This document shows positions 31,353 through 41,248 of a DNA stretch of 64,000 bases, piece by piece. Made by a program: the position numbers and the translations under genes. The notes beneath the pieces are model-generated. The model was not told the DNA's origin and did not search any database. It was given only the letters and a program-made list of their open reading frames with translations. How positions within the stretch are numbered: the stretch's first letter is position 1; every line of letters starts with the position of its first letter. The stretch lies in assembly GCA_035623825.1 (NCBI GenBank), contig DASPSR010000030.1, forward strand, positions 20,504 to 84,503, read 5' to 3'. This DNA comes from Nitrospirota bacterium. Its GTDB lineage: Bacteria > Nitrospirota > UBA9217.

Positions 31353-31745
31353 GTGAAAATGGACTTCCCTGGTAAACCAACTTTAATGATCGTAGATGAC
31401 GAGCAGAATTTTACTGAATCACTTCAGCTTGCCATTGAAGATGAATTTACGATATCCGTAGTAGGGAGTCTTGAAAGCGCTCGGCAAATCCTGAAGAGAT
31501 TCCAGCCCGCCGCAGTCCTTCTGGATTTGCGGTTGCCGGATGGCGACGGACTCGATTTGCTTCACGATCTCAATATGCTAACCAAGCTGCCCGTTGTTGT
31601 CGTCATGACAGCCCACATGAGCGTGGAAAGTATCGAAAGGGCGATGAGCGAAGGTGTTGTTGATTACTGCACGAAGCCTCTTAATATTGAAAAATTGAAG
31701 TTAGAACTCAAAAAAAATATACAAAGAAAAGCAGAGCAAAAATAG
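31353..31745 (+). CDS. Single-domain response regulator, paralogous to the activator's receiver
   Basis: KPTLMIVDDEQNFTESLQLAIED...LLDLRLPDG...MTA...TKPL; intact D/D/T/K residues. Confidence 0.85.
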   Translation: MKMDFPGKPTLMIVDDEQNFTESLQLAIEDEFTISVVGSLESARQILKRFQPAAVLLDLRLPDGDGLDLLHDLNMLTKLPVVVVMTAHMSVESIERAMSEGVVDYCTKPLNIEKLKLELKKNIQRKAEQK

Positions 31746-31911
31746 ATTGCTTGGTGAGAATCAGAAAAAGTTCACTTTTCGTAAATACAATTGTGTGATG
31801 AAAAAAATGATATATTCCCGCATCTTTCCTGTTGAATTTTTGAAAGATGAAATGTATACTGCAAAATTGCACTCTGCAGTGAACCGCGGGCAAGAAAGGA
31901 AACGATAATTA

Positions 31912-32592
31912 ATGAAAGCACCGTATTTTGTTGCCATCGATTTTGATGGCACGGTAACCGATGTAGACATCATCGATGCTATCCTGCAAGAATTTGCAAG
32001 GCCGGAATGGAAAGAAGTGGAAATATTATGGGAGCAGGGTCTCATCGGGTCCCGAGAATGTCTTGAGCGACAGATGGCCATGGTAGACAGGACTCTCGGT
32101 CAGCTCCTTGACTATACCGACCGATTTTCTATCGACGAGACATTCGAAAATTTTGTTGGCATTCTTGAAGACCGGCAGATACCTTTTGCAATAGTCAGCG
32201 ATGGTTTTCGTGTGTTCATAGAAAGGGTACTCGAAAATGCCGGACTAATGGGGGTGCCAATCATTGCAAACGGGCTTTGGGAAGATCAGGGCAGGCTAAT
32301 TACTGCTTTCCCCTACGCTGATCGGGATTGCAATGCCGCCAACTGCAAGTGCACGGCCGTGCAAGACTTGAGCAAGGACCGCTCACTTATCCTGATAGGC
32401 GACGGACAAAGTGATTTTTGCCTCGCACATAAAGCAGGCCTTGTCTTTACAAAGAAGAAACTCACTGCTTACTGTCAGAGATGCAAAATACCGCATTACC
32501 CCTTTGATAATTTTGCTGATGTGGCGAAATTCTTTGATGTAAAGCACGCTGAAGCGGCGTCCTTATATTCTGTTGTTTCAGGAAAGGATTAA
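31912..32592 (+). CDS. HAD-IB phosphatase, MtnX-like
   Basis: DFDGT, VSDG, C....CKC and IGDGQSD motifs. Confidence 0.85.
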   Translation: MKAPYFVAIDFDGTVTDVDIIDAILQEFARPEWKEVEILWEQGLIGSRECLERQMAMVDRTLGQLLDYTDRFSIDETFENFVGILEDRQIPFAIVSDGFRVFIERVLENAGLMGVPIIANGLWEDQGRLITAFPYADRDCNAANCKCTAVQDLSKDRSLILIGDGQSDFCLAHKAGLVFTKKKLTAYCQRCKIPHYPFDNFADVAKFFDVKHAEAASLYSVVSGKD

Positions 32593-32594
32593 TA

Positions 32595-33986
32595 ATGGAA
32601 AAACTTCACGCCGAGCAGCTCACCGAGCAGGGATTGCTCGATCTTGAATCGCGCTACTGTTCATACGGCGACACGGTGCATTATTCAGAGCGCCCTGTCA
32701 TCTTCGATGAATGCGAGGGTTCCTGGCTCTACGACATGCAGGGGACTCCTTATCTGGATGTACAGATGTGGTACTCCGCTGTAAATTTCGGGTACCGGAA
32801 CAGAGATATCGAAGAGGCACACAATCATCAGATGAAGAGGCTGCCTCAGGTTGCATCCCAGTATCTCCACAAGGAGAAGATACTTCTCGCTACAGCCATT
32901 GCGAGGGAGACAGAAAAGAGGTTTGGCTTAAAAGGCAGAGTGCATTTTAATGTTGGCGGAGCGCAAGCTATCGAGGATAGTATCAAGCTCGTGCGCAATT
33001 TTAAAAAAGGCAAATCTCTTATGTTTGCGTTCATGGGCGGATATCATGGCCGGACCTTGGCCGCGACAGAGCTTACGAGCAGCTTCCGGTACCGGAAAAA
33101 ATATGGTCATTTCGGCAGCAGAGCAACCTTCATCCCTTTCCCCTATTGTTATCGGTGCTTTTACGGCAAAGAACGTAAAACCTGCGAATACGAATGTGTT
33201 CGCCAGTTCGAAAAACTTTTTGAGTCAGAATACTATGGGGTGATTGATACCAAGGAAAACGAAGTCGAATACGCAGCCTTTTTTATTGAACCGGTCCAGG
33301 CAACGGGCGGATACATCATTCCGCCGCCCGAATACTTTGCCCGGCTTGCAGAGGTGCTCTCGAAGCACGGCATCCTGCTGGTTGATGACGAGATACAGAT
33401 GGGGTTTTACCGGACGGGGAAGTTGTGGGCATTGGAGCATTTCGGGGTAAAACCGGATGTCGTTGCCTTCGCCAAATCGCTCACGAACGGTCTTAACCCA
33501 TTGTCCGGCATCTGGGCGCGTGAAGAACTCATTAACCCGAAGATGTTCCCGCCCGGATCGACTCATTCGACATTCTCAAGCAATCCTCTGGGTACTGCCG
33601 CCGGGCTTGCTACCATGGAGCTTTTGAACAAGTATGATTTTGCAAAAATGGCCGACGAAAAAGGGAAGTACCTGGTCTCGCTGCTGAAAGACCTTCAGAA
33701 AGAACATCCTGTGATCGGAAATGTTGATGGTTTGGGACTAGCCGTGAGGATCGAAATGACCAAGTCCGATGGTATTACGCCGGACAAAAAACTGACAGAT
33801 GCCATTTTTCAGGAAGGCATGAAGGGGGATATCGCCATCAACGGCAAAAAATATGGCCTTGTACTGGATGTCGGAGGTTATTACAAGAACGTATTTACCT
33901 TGGCGCCGGCTTTGACCATAACTTACGAAGAGATGGACTTGTTTATCCGTCTTTTCGAATCTCTACTTAATAGATGCGGAGAATAG
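32595..33986 (+). CDS. Class III PLP-dependent aminotransferase
   Basis: GYHGRT, FIEPVQATGG, DEIQMGFYRTG, PD...FAKSL (PLP Lys), HSTF. Confidence 0.9.
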   Translation: MEKLHAEQLTEQGLLDLESRYCSYGDTVHYSERPVIFDECEGSWLYDMQGTPYLDVQMWYSAVNFGYRNRDIEEAHNHQMKRLPQVASQYLHKEKILLATAIARETEKRFGLKGRVHFNVGGAQAIEDSIKLVRNFKKGKSLMFAFMGGYHGRTLAATELTSSFRYRKKYGHFGSRATFIPFPYCYRCFYGKERKTCEYECVRQFEKLFESEYYGVIDTKENEVEYAAFFIEPVQATGGYIIPPPEYFARLAEVLSKHGILLVDDEIQMGFYRTGKLWALEHFGVKPDVVAFAKSLTNGLNPLSGIWAREELINPKMFPPGSTHSTFSSNPLGTAAGLATMELLNKYDFAKMADEKGKYLVSLLKDLQKEHPVIGNVDGLGLAVRIEMTKSDGITPDKKLTDAIFQEGMKGDIAINGKKYGLVLDVGGYYKNVFTLAPALTITYEEMDLFIRLFESLLNRCGE

Positions 33987-34015
33987 ACCTGGTTGTAAAA
34001 GGAGGATGAAGCACT

Positions 34016-34276
34016 GTGACCACGACCTTGGAACGTATTAAAAAACTGTTTCTTGAGAACTTCGACTTTCCTGAAGAGCGGCTGCGTCCGGAAGCGACCA
34101 TTGAGAGCATCGGCCTCGATTCTCTTGATAAGATTGAGTTTTTATTCGCCCTGGAAAAAGAGTTCGACATAAAAATCCCCGATCGTGAGGTGAAGCTCGA
34201 CTCCATCCAGGACATTATCGATGTGGTTGAGCGATTGGTCATGGAGCAACATGCGGAGCAAAGGCAGAGTGTTTAG
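34016..34276 (+). CDS. Acyl carrier protein
   Basis: GLDSLD phosphopantetheine site, EKEFDIKIPD. GGAGG RBS. Confidence 0.9.
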   Translation: MTTTLERIKKLFLENFDFPEERLRPEATIESIGLDSLDKIEFLFALEKEFDIKIPDREVKLDSIQDIIDVVERLVMEQHAEQRQSV

Positions 34277-35506
34277 ATGACACGAGTGGTCATAACAGGG
34301 ATGGGCATCATATCCCCTGTGGGGAACAGCTGCGAGGAATTTTTTGACAATCTTGCTGCGGGTAGATCGGGCATCAAAAAAATGTCCTGGGATTTCGCCG
34401 ATCGATTGTCAGTGAAAATATCTGCAGAAGTGGATTTCGATGTCGAAGCCTATTTCTCAAAGAAAACCGCGCGCACCCTTGATAGGGTCAGTCAGTTCGC
34501 GATGGTCGCTGCCTCACAGGCCTGGCAGGATGCTGCTATACAGCTCCCCGAAAAGGAACAAAAACGTGCAGGTGTGTATCTGGGAACAGGCATGGGAGGA
34601 GCGCGAACGCTTGAAGAGTCCTATGTTCAGCTCCTCAAACAGAATGTGAAGCGACTTCATCCTCTCACTGTGGTCATGGTCATGAATAATGCGGCAGCGT
34701 CCTATATCTCCATGACGCATCGGCTGAAAGGTCCTTGTCTCACCTATTCGACAGCCTGCTCATCCTCGGCAGTAGCTATCGGTGAAGCTTTTCGCCAGAT
34801 CAAGCACGGGTACGCTGATGTCATGCTTGCTGGAGGGACCGAATCACTTCTCACGTTCGGTATTTTTATGAGCTGGGAATCAATCGGAACTCTGGCACTG
34901 GAAGCGGAAGATCCATCGACGTCGTGCAGGCCTTTTTCAAAGGATCGGAGCGGCTTCGTACTCGGCGAAGGGTCGGCAATTCTGGTCCTTGAATCGTTGG
35001 ATCGGGCAAAGAAACGGGGCGCTCGGATTTATGGGGAAGTAATCGGCTACGGATCAACGGCGGACGCAGATCACATTACTAAACCTTCAGTGGAAGGACA
35101 GGCTGATGCCATGAGGGCGGCCCTAGAAGAAGCCAGAATAAGCCCTGACGATATTGATTATATAAACGCGCATGGTACTGCCACAGTGGCGAATGATGCT
35201 GTCGAGACAAAGGCAATAAAGGAAGTATTCGGCCAGCGTGCCTGCCATATTCCGGTAAGTTCAACAAAATCAATGCATGGACATCTCCTGGGCGCGGCTG
35301 GCGCCGTGGAACTTGTAGCGGCAGTTCTCGCCCTGAACAAACGAATCGTTCCACCAACGGCAAACTTGATGGTGCCAGATCCCGAATGTGACCTTGATTA
35401 TGTGCCGGGAAAAGCAAGGACTGGCCTCGATCTAAAGGTCGTAATGTCCAATTCGTTCGCATTTGGCGGAACCAATGCTGTGCTTATTGTGAGAAAACAT
35501 GAGTGA
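34277..35506 (+). CDS. fabF: Beta-ketoacyl-ACP synthase (FabF-like)
   Basis: TACSS, NAHGTAT, KSMHGHLLG (Cys-His-His triad intact), SFAFGG. Confidence 0.88.
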   Translation: MTRVVITGMGIISPVGNSCEEFFDNLAAGRSGIKKMSWDFADRLSVKISAEVDFDVEAYFSKKTARTLDRVSQFAMVAASQAWQDAAIQLPEKEQKRAGVYLGTGMGGARTLEESYVQLLKQNVKRLHPLTVVMVMNNAAASYISMTHRLKGPCLTYSTACSSSAVAIGEAFRQIKHGYADVMLAGGTESLLTFGIFMSWESIGTLALEAEDPSTSCRPFSKDRSGFVLGEGSAILVLESLDRAKKRGARIYGEVIGYGSTADADHITKPSVEGQADAMRAALEEARISPDDIDYINAHGTATVANDAVETKAIKEVFGQRACHIPVSSTKSMHGHLLGAAGAVELVAAVLALNKRIVPPTANLMVPDPECDLDYVPGKARTGLDLKVVMSNSFAFGGTNAVLIVRKHE

Positions 35507-36305
35507 ACATAAAATTGACATGAGGGGGGGAGAACATGCAGTTCTTCTGATCCATGGTCTGACCGGCAGCCCCTTTGAAATGAAATATCTGGCTAGGGAA
35601 TTAAACCGCGCAGGTTTCACGGTAAAGGGCCCGTGCTTGGCTGGTCACGGTAAGACACTCGGGGACCTGAAGAGAACGCGATGGCAGGATTGGTATAGGA
35701 CAGTATGCGAGTCGTTCCAAGAACTGAAAAGAAGTCATGCAAAGGTCTCTATCGCCGGTCTTTGCATGGGAGCGTTGCTGGCCCTTAAGTTATCCGTTGA
35801 TTTTGAAGAAGAAGTAAGTTCTGTTTCTCTTATTTCAACGACATTGTTTTATGACGGCTGGGGGCTTCCTTGGTACAAATTCCTGTTGCCTCTGGCTTAC
35901 TTTGCTCCTTTCTGCCACATGTATTCCTTCAAAGAGCGCGACCCGTACGGTATCAAGAATGAGGCACTCCGGACGAGGATTGTCGAAGGCATGCGGGACG
36001 GGTCCATTGCTCACGAAAGCGTTCCTGGCGTAAGCATGCGAGAGCTCTACCGGTTTATCGATGTAACGAAGAAAAAAATCATTGCCCGGGTAACCGCACC
36101 CACGCTGATCATCCATTCGAAGGATGACGATCTTGCGAGCGCAAAGAACGCCCTTTATGTTCTTAAGCACATCAAAAGCAAGGATGTCCGCATGCTATTG
36201 CTCGATGACTGTTATCATATGGTTCCGATCGATAACCAGCGTAGCGTGGCGGCAAATGAGATCATTCATTTCTTCAAAGGTCAGTCCTGCTTGGCAAGAA
36301 CTTGA
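35499..36305 (+). CDS. Alpha/beta hydrolase (esterase fold) with Cys at the nucleophile elbow
   Basis: LIHGLTG, GHG, GLCMG, DDLA, YHM. Overlaps the ketosynthase stop. Confidence 0.85.
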   Translation: MSEHKIDMRGGEHAVLLIHGLTGSPFEMKYLARELNRAGFTVKGPCLAGHGKTLGDLKRTRWQDWYRTVCESFQELKRSHAKVSIAGLCMGALLALKLSVDFEEEVSSVSLISTTLFYDGWGLPWYKFLLPLAYFAPFCHMYSFKERDPYGIKNEALRTRIVEGMRDGSIAHESVPGVSMRELYRFIDVTKKKIIARVTAPTLIIHSKDDDLASAKNALYVLKHIKSKDVRMLLLDDCYHMVPIDNQRSVAANEIIHFFKGQSCLART

Positions 36306-36537
36306 CTAAGACCTTGATTTCCACCAGCGAGACAAGTTCATCCAAAATGCATCCTGCTGCAAACCGGTTCAGGCGTTCTTACTCAACACAATGAAAATGC
36401 AGCATCAGCTCACAAAAAAGTTTGCTGCATGCAATGTTGTCCGGGTGATCTTTACCCATCTGCTCGTCGTGTATACCAGGCCGAGCCTCGTTCCGCCAGT
36501 GTCGTCGAGAATAGTGCGGCACCTTCCATCAAATCTA

Positions 36538-36565
36538 TTGACAAAACACGTGCATTCCTTATAAT
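36538..36565 (+). promoter_or_regulatory. sigma70 promoter of the MFS gene
   Basis: TTGACA-N16-TATAAT. Confidence 0.65.
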
Positions 36566-36602
36566 CCCTTGATTGCTGCTTGGACAACAATCGGAAATCC
36601 TC

Positions 36603-38138
36603 ATGTCAAAACCTGACCAACATGAAGTTGTTCTGGCATCGCCCGGAGAGATACGGACCGTAGTCATCGGCCTGATGCTGGCCTTGACGCTCGCAGCTCT
36701 CGACCAAAACATCGTGGGCGTAGCCCTGCCCCGGATCGTGAGCGACCTGGGCGGCCTCGCACATTTGTCGTGGGTCGTCACATCGTTCATGGTGACCTCA
36801 ACTGCCACGACGCCTCTATATGGCAAGCTTTCTGACCTCTATGGACGAAAGCCACTTTTCATCACATCGATCCTTATCTTTCTCATAGGCTCCAGCCTCT
36901 GTGGCCTATCGCGCTCGATGGCCGAACTCGTGGTCTTTCGTGGAATCCAAGGGATCGGCGCGGGTGGTCTCATAACCCTGGCTATGACGACCATCGCCGA
37001 CCTCGTGGCCCCGCGCGAGCGGGGAAGGTATCAGGGCCTGTTCGGCGCAGCCTTCGCCTTTTCGAGCATCGCGGGTCCGCTCCTAGGGGGCTTCATCACG
37101 AGTGCTCTGTCGTGGCGATGGATCTTCTATGTCAACCTGCCGATCGGTCTCGTGGCACTGTTTTTTTTCATCTTTGGTTTTCACCGTCCTCATCGCCGCG
37201 TATCGCATCGTATTGATTATCTGGGCGTGGTGCTCCTAACATCCGGGACCGTGGCGCTGCTTCTGGTCCTGAGCATGGGCGGTGTGCAGTACTCCTGGTC
37301 GTCGCCGCTCATCATCGGGTTAGCGGCATTGGCAGGACTGCTCTGCTGCCTTCTGGTTGCTACGGAGCGACGCTCCGCGGAACCAGTATTCCCCTCCCAT
37401 CTATTTCAGAGCCGGGTCTTCATCATTGCTTCGGGAACCATGGCGACCACATTTATGGGCCTTTTCGGCGCCGCTGTGTTCCTCCCCCTCTTTTTTCAAC
37501 TTGTTTTGGGTTATGCGCCGGCTGAGGCGGGGCTCTTGATGGCCCCGATGACCGCCGGCGTGGTCGTGTCCTCATTTCTCGGTGGCCGACTCGTCTCTTT
37601 GACCGGAAAATATAAGATCTTTCCCGTCGTCGGTCTTGCAGCGGCAAGCCTCGCATTCCTGACGGTAATGGCTGCGTCAGCCCTGCACGCAGGAATCGTC
37701 GTCATCGAAACGTCACTCATCGTTCTGGGCATCGGGTTCGGCCTGGTCATGCCTAATCTTATGGTAGCGATTCAAAACTCGGTCAGAAGCCGGGAATTGG
37801 GCGCAGCGACAGCTGCCTCGACGTTCTTCCGTTCCCTCGGCGGCACCTTCGGTGTCGCTCTGTCCGGCGCTATCATAACGGCCCAACTCAAGGGACTGCA
37901 CCTTGCCAGTACGCCGAGTGCCAGCGCCCGATCACTTCTCGAGCAGGGGCTCAGGGAGATCTCGCAGCTTCCCGAAGTCCAGCGAAACGTCGTCATTGAA
38001 ACCTACCGCCACGCAATCACCATAACGTTCCTCGTAGGTGCTATCATCACCGGCCTCGCCTTTACGCTCGTGCTTTTTCTTCCAGAGCATCCACTCCGAT
38101 CCGGCCGGCACAGCGAGAAAACAAGGGAAGATGGTTAA
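36603..38138 (+). CDS. DHA2 (EmrB/QacA) MFS drug efflux transporter
   Basis: LAALDQNIV.VALP, YGKLSDLYGRK, RGIQGIGAGG, WRWIFYVNLP. Confidence 0.9.
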   Translation: MSKPDQHEVVLASPGEIRTVVIGLMLALTLAALDQNIVGVALPRIVSDLGGLAHLSWVVTSFMVTSTATTPLYGKLSDLYGRKPLFITSILIFLIGSSLCGLSRSMAELVVFRGIQGIGAGGLITLAMTTIADLVAPRERGRYQGLFGAAFAFSSIAGPLLGGFITSALSWRWIFYVNLPIGLVALFFFIFGFHRPHRRVSHRIDYLGVVLLTSGTVALLLVLSMGGVQYSWSSPLIIGLAALAGLLCCLLVATERRSAEPVFPSHLFQSRVFIIASGTMATTFMGLFGAAVFLPLFFQLVLGYAPAEAGLLMAPMTAGVVVSSFLGGRLVSLTGKYKIFPVVGLAAASLAFLTVMAASALHAGIVVIETSLIVLGIGFGLVMPNLMVAIQNSVRSRELGAATAASTFFRSLGGTFGVALSGAIITAQLKGLHLASTPSASARSLLEQGLREISQLPEVQRNVVIETYRHAITITFLVGAIITGLAFTLVLFLPEHPLRSGRHSEKTREDG

Positions 38139-38377
38139 TGTTGATTCTCACTCGAAGGACACCGTTATTGTCGCACTGAGAACACCGCCAGCGTCAGCTT
38201 GTTCACATATTTTCAACCCGGATTGGTTCCTTCCAGAGCCCACGTGGCTATAAATTTCGTCCCGCCTTGATAAACCACCTGCCGCGTGATATCCTTTAGC
38301 AAGTTAATGAATCAATTTGTCAACCACTATCTGGCTTCATCAGTAAAAAAACGCTGTCTCGAAGAAGGGAGGAGAGT

Positions 38378-39310
38378 ATGCCGCCTCGTTCGATTTTGGT
38401 TGCCGATGATATAGAAAACCAGACCGATGCTGGTAAAAGACGCTCGCTGGCGATATGGAGTGTCGCCACATTTTTAGCACGGCGGCTCAATACCACTATT
38501 GACCTGCTGTATGTGGAAGATATAAAAGCATACCCATACCGCGGTTTTGATCCAGCTCGTTTCCAGGGATGGCATTCACGCCATGAGATAAAAATTAAAG
38601 AGCTGGCTCGCCGCAATTCGATTTCCGTCCGCGCCGTTTTAAAAGGCGGGTCTGTTCCCGATGAAATTCTTAAGACCTTACGAGTGAAGACAGCGCCGGA
38701 GCTCATCGTTATGGGCACACAGGGCCGCAAGGGATTGAATCGCGTGTTCATAGGAAGTGTCGCCGAAGAAGTGGTCCGTCACTCGCGGCGTCCGGTGATT
38801 GTGATAGGACCCGTCGCCCAAAAAAAGAGTCAGGATACGGGCGCACTGAAAAAATTAGACATTCTTGTTGCGACCGATCTCAGCAAAAACAGCCGTCCAG
38901 CTGAGCGGTATGCGCTTTCTCTTGCAAGGCGCATCGGCGCACGAGTCGTATTGTTCCATTGTCTCGGGGACAGTTACCGGATCATCATTCATGAAAGCAG
39001 TATGGTTTCCGGCTGGGTGCCGTTCAATCTCGAGGACATATTAGAAGATATCCGAAATAATGCGGAGAGATCCATGAAGCAAAAGACGGATTTTTTCCGC
39101 AGGCACGATGTGCCGTGCGAATATAAAATAGAAGATACCCCGATAACGTCTTCCTGCGCGGTTTACCAAGAGGGCGACAAGGGCTATTCGTTCATCGTAA
39201 TGGGGACTCATGGCAGGAATGTATTGCTGGAAGCCTACTTTGGAAGCACTGCCCGCGAAACGATCTTAAACGCATCGATCCCTGTGATAATAGTGCATTC
39301 AGGAAAATAG
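38378..39310 (+). CDS. Tandem-domain universal stress protein
   Basis: Two Usp domains: IVMGTQGRKG....GSVAE and IVMGTHGR.....GSTA. Confidence 0.88.
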   Translation: MPPRSILVADDIENQTDAGKRRSLAIWSVATFLARRLNTTIDLLYVEDIKAYPYRGFDPARFQGWHSRHEIKIKELARRNSISVRAVLKGGSVPDEILKTLRVKTAPELIVMGTQGRKGLNRVFIGSVAEEVVRHSRRPVIVIGPVAQKKSQDTGALKKLDILVATDLSKNSRPAERYALSLARRIGARVVLFHCLGDSYRIIIHESSMVSGWVPFNLEDILEDIRNNAERSMKQKTDFFRRHDVPCEYKIEDTPITSSCAVYQEGDKGYSFIVMGTHGRNVLLEAYFGSTARETILNASIPVIIVHSGK

Positions 39311-39825
39311 ACATTATCGATCCTGGAGAGTCACTTTTCAGCGAACGGCCGACGGGGAGGGGAGGTCCGGTGCTGCGAACGTTTTCGCGGCTCACGCGCA
39401 GGTCCGGTACATAACCAGGTCATCCTGTCCTGCCGAGCAATGCTGAAGGAGATCCGGGGCTAGGAAATCGTCACCAGAATACCGCTACCCTTGGCTTTTT
39501 AGACCTGCCGGGGATGCCCTCGATTTTAGCCGGTGAGGACGTCAAGAGCCTAACTTCAATGCCCTTGATAAACTTTTTTTGAAATTCACCTATCTCTTGA
39601 TCATCCTTCATTAGTCCCACCGCTTAGGGAGTTATCACAATCCGTTTCTTATATTTCTTGATATATGATATTTTCATTTGAAGCAATGCACCAATAAAAT
39701 ATCAGTTAAGATGATCAGTGCAAACAAAGAGTGGCAAAGCAGTATCATCTATGATATCATTTCGACGGTCTAAAACTGTTACCATAGTGACACACCGCGG
39801 TCACAACGAGTCTCTGCAAGAAATC

Positions 39826-41064
39826 ATGCAAAACGACATCGAGGGAATTGATAAAGCTGGAAGCTCTTCCGGCAAAATGAGGCACACGGGTTTCAGGGTT
39901 CTAGCCGCAATCAGTTTTTCGCACTTTCTGAACGACATGATTCAGTCGTTAATTCTTGCGATCTATCCATTGATCAAGGGGACATTCCAACTCACCTTTG
40001 CGCAGATCGGTCTGATTACGCTGACCTATCAGATCACCGCTTCCCTGCTCCAACCCATGGTCGGGTTCTACACTGACCGCCATCCGAAGCCCTACTCCCT
40101 GGCCCTCGGCATGGCCTGCACCCTTGTTGGCCTACTCGTCCTGGCCGCGGCGCCAAACTACAGTGCTCTTCTTGTCGCCGCGGCGCTCGTCGGGACCGGT
40201 TCGTCGATCTTTCACCCGGAGTCGTCACGGGTGGCCCGCATGGCTTCAGGCGGCCAGTACGGGCTGGCCCAGTCGATCTTCCAGGTCGGGGGGAATTCAG
40301 GAAGCGCGGTTGGGCCGCTCCTTGCCGCCTGGATTATCATCCCACAGGGACAGAAGAGCGTGGCGTGGTTCTCGATCGCGGCTCTTCTTGCTATTTCGGT
40401 TTTGTGGCAGGTGGGGGGCTGGTATAAGCGCCGGCAGGCAAACATTGGTCATCGGCCAAGGTCGCACGATGGTCTACACACGACCTTGCCGCCGCGCACC
40501 GTTTTACTCTCAATGCTGGTTCTCCTGCTGTTGATCTTCTCGAAGTTCTTTTATCTATCAAGTCTCAACAGCTATTACATTTTCTATCTGATGCATCGCT
40601 TCCACCTGTCCGTGCAATCAGCACAGGTGCACCTATTCGCGTTTTTATTCGCAGTGGCGACGGGCACCGTCATGGGTGGACACATCGGTGACCGTATCGG
40701 AAGGAAGCGAGTTATTTGGTTCTCAATCTTGGGTTCAGCACCCTTCGCGCTTGTCATGCCATATGCGAATCTTGCATGGACGGGCATCCTCGCTTTCATC
40801 ATCGGTCTTATCCTTGCTTCCGCCTTCTCAGCTATCCTCGTGTTCGCTCAGGAACTTATTCCTGGAAAAGTGGGTACCGTGTCAGGCCTCTTCTTCGGCA
40901 TCGCTTTCGGTATAGCCGGGATCGGTGCCGCTGTTTTGGGCAAAATAGCCGACCAGAACGGCATCGAATTCGTTTACCATGTGTGCTCGTATCTCCCCTT
41001 GATCGGTGTATTGACCGCCTTTTTGCCAGACCTCGGTCGCAAGAGAGACTCAGCCATTTCATAG
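39826..41064 (+). CDS. fsr: Fosmidomycin resistance-type MFS transporter
   Basis: SHFLNDMIQS, FHPESSRVARMASGG, QSIFQVGGN, GDRIGRK. Start codon uncertain. Confidence 0.85.
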   Translation: MQNDIEGIDKAGSSSGKMRHTGFRVLAAISFSHFLNDMIQSLILAIYPLIKGTFQLTFAQIGLITLTYQITASLLQPMVGFYTDRHPKPYSLALGMACTLVGLLVLAAAPNYSALLVAAALVGTGSSIFHPESSRVARMASGGQYGLAQSIFQVGGNSGSAVGPLLAAWIIIPQGQKSVAWFSIAALLAISVLWQVGGWYKRRQANIGHRPRSHDGLHTTLPPRTVLLSMLVLLLLIFSKFFYLSSLNSYYIFYLMHRFHLSVQSAQVHLFAFLFAVATGTVMGGHIGDRIGRKRVIWFSILGSAPFALVMPYANLAWTGILAFIIGLILASAFSAILVFAQELIPGKVGTVSGLFFGIAFGIAGIGAAVLGKIADQNGIEFVYHVCSYLPLIGVLTAFLPDLGRKRDSAIS

Positions 41065-41122
41065 ATTGTCCTGTACTCCAGCACTTCCATCTATCAGGTA
41101 ACTGCTTAACTTCATTAATTTC

Positions 41123-41150
41123 TTGACAAATATCCGATTTAGAGTATACT
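41123..41150 (+). promoter_or_regulatory. sigma70 promoter of the small RHH-like gene
   Basis: TTGACA-N16-TATACT. Confidence 0.6.
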
Positions 41151-41248
41151 AATCTAAAGTAAACTCTAATAGATCAAATTGTAGTGGACCAACTTTATTT
41201 ATTCTAAATCAGCTTGCGGAAGGCTGATTTCTTCATTAGGTGAAAAAT

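Noticed and set aside
31912-32592. Methionine-salvage mtnX
   Set aside because: No other mtn genes are nearby, and it is coupled to the aminotransferase-ACP-KS operon, so only the family is assigned.
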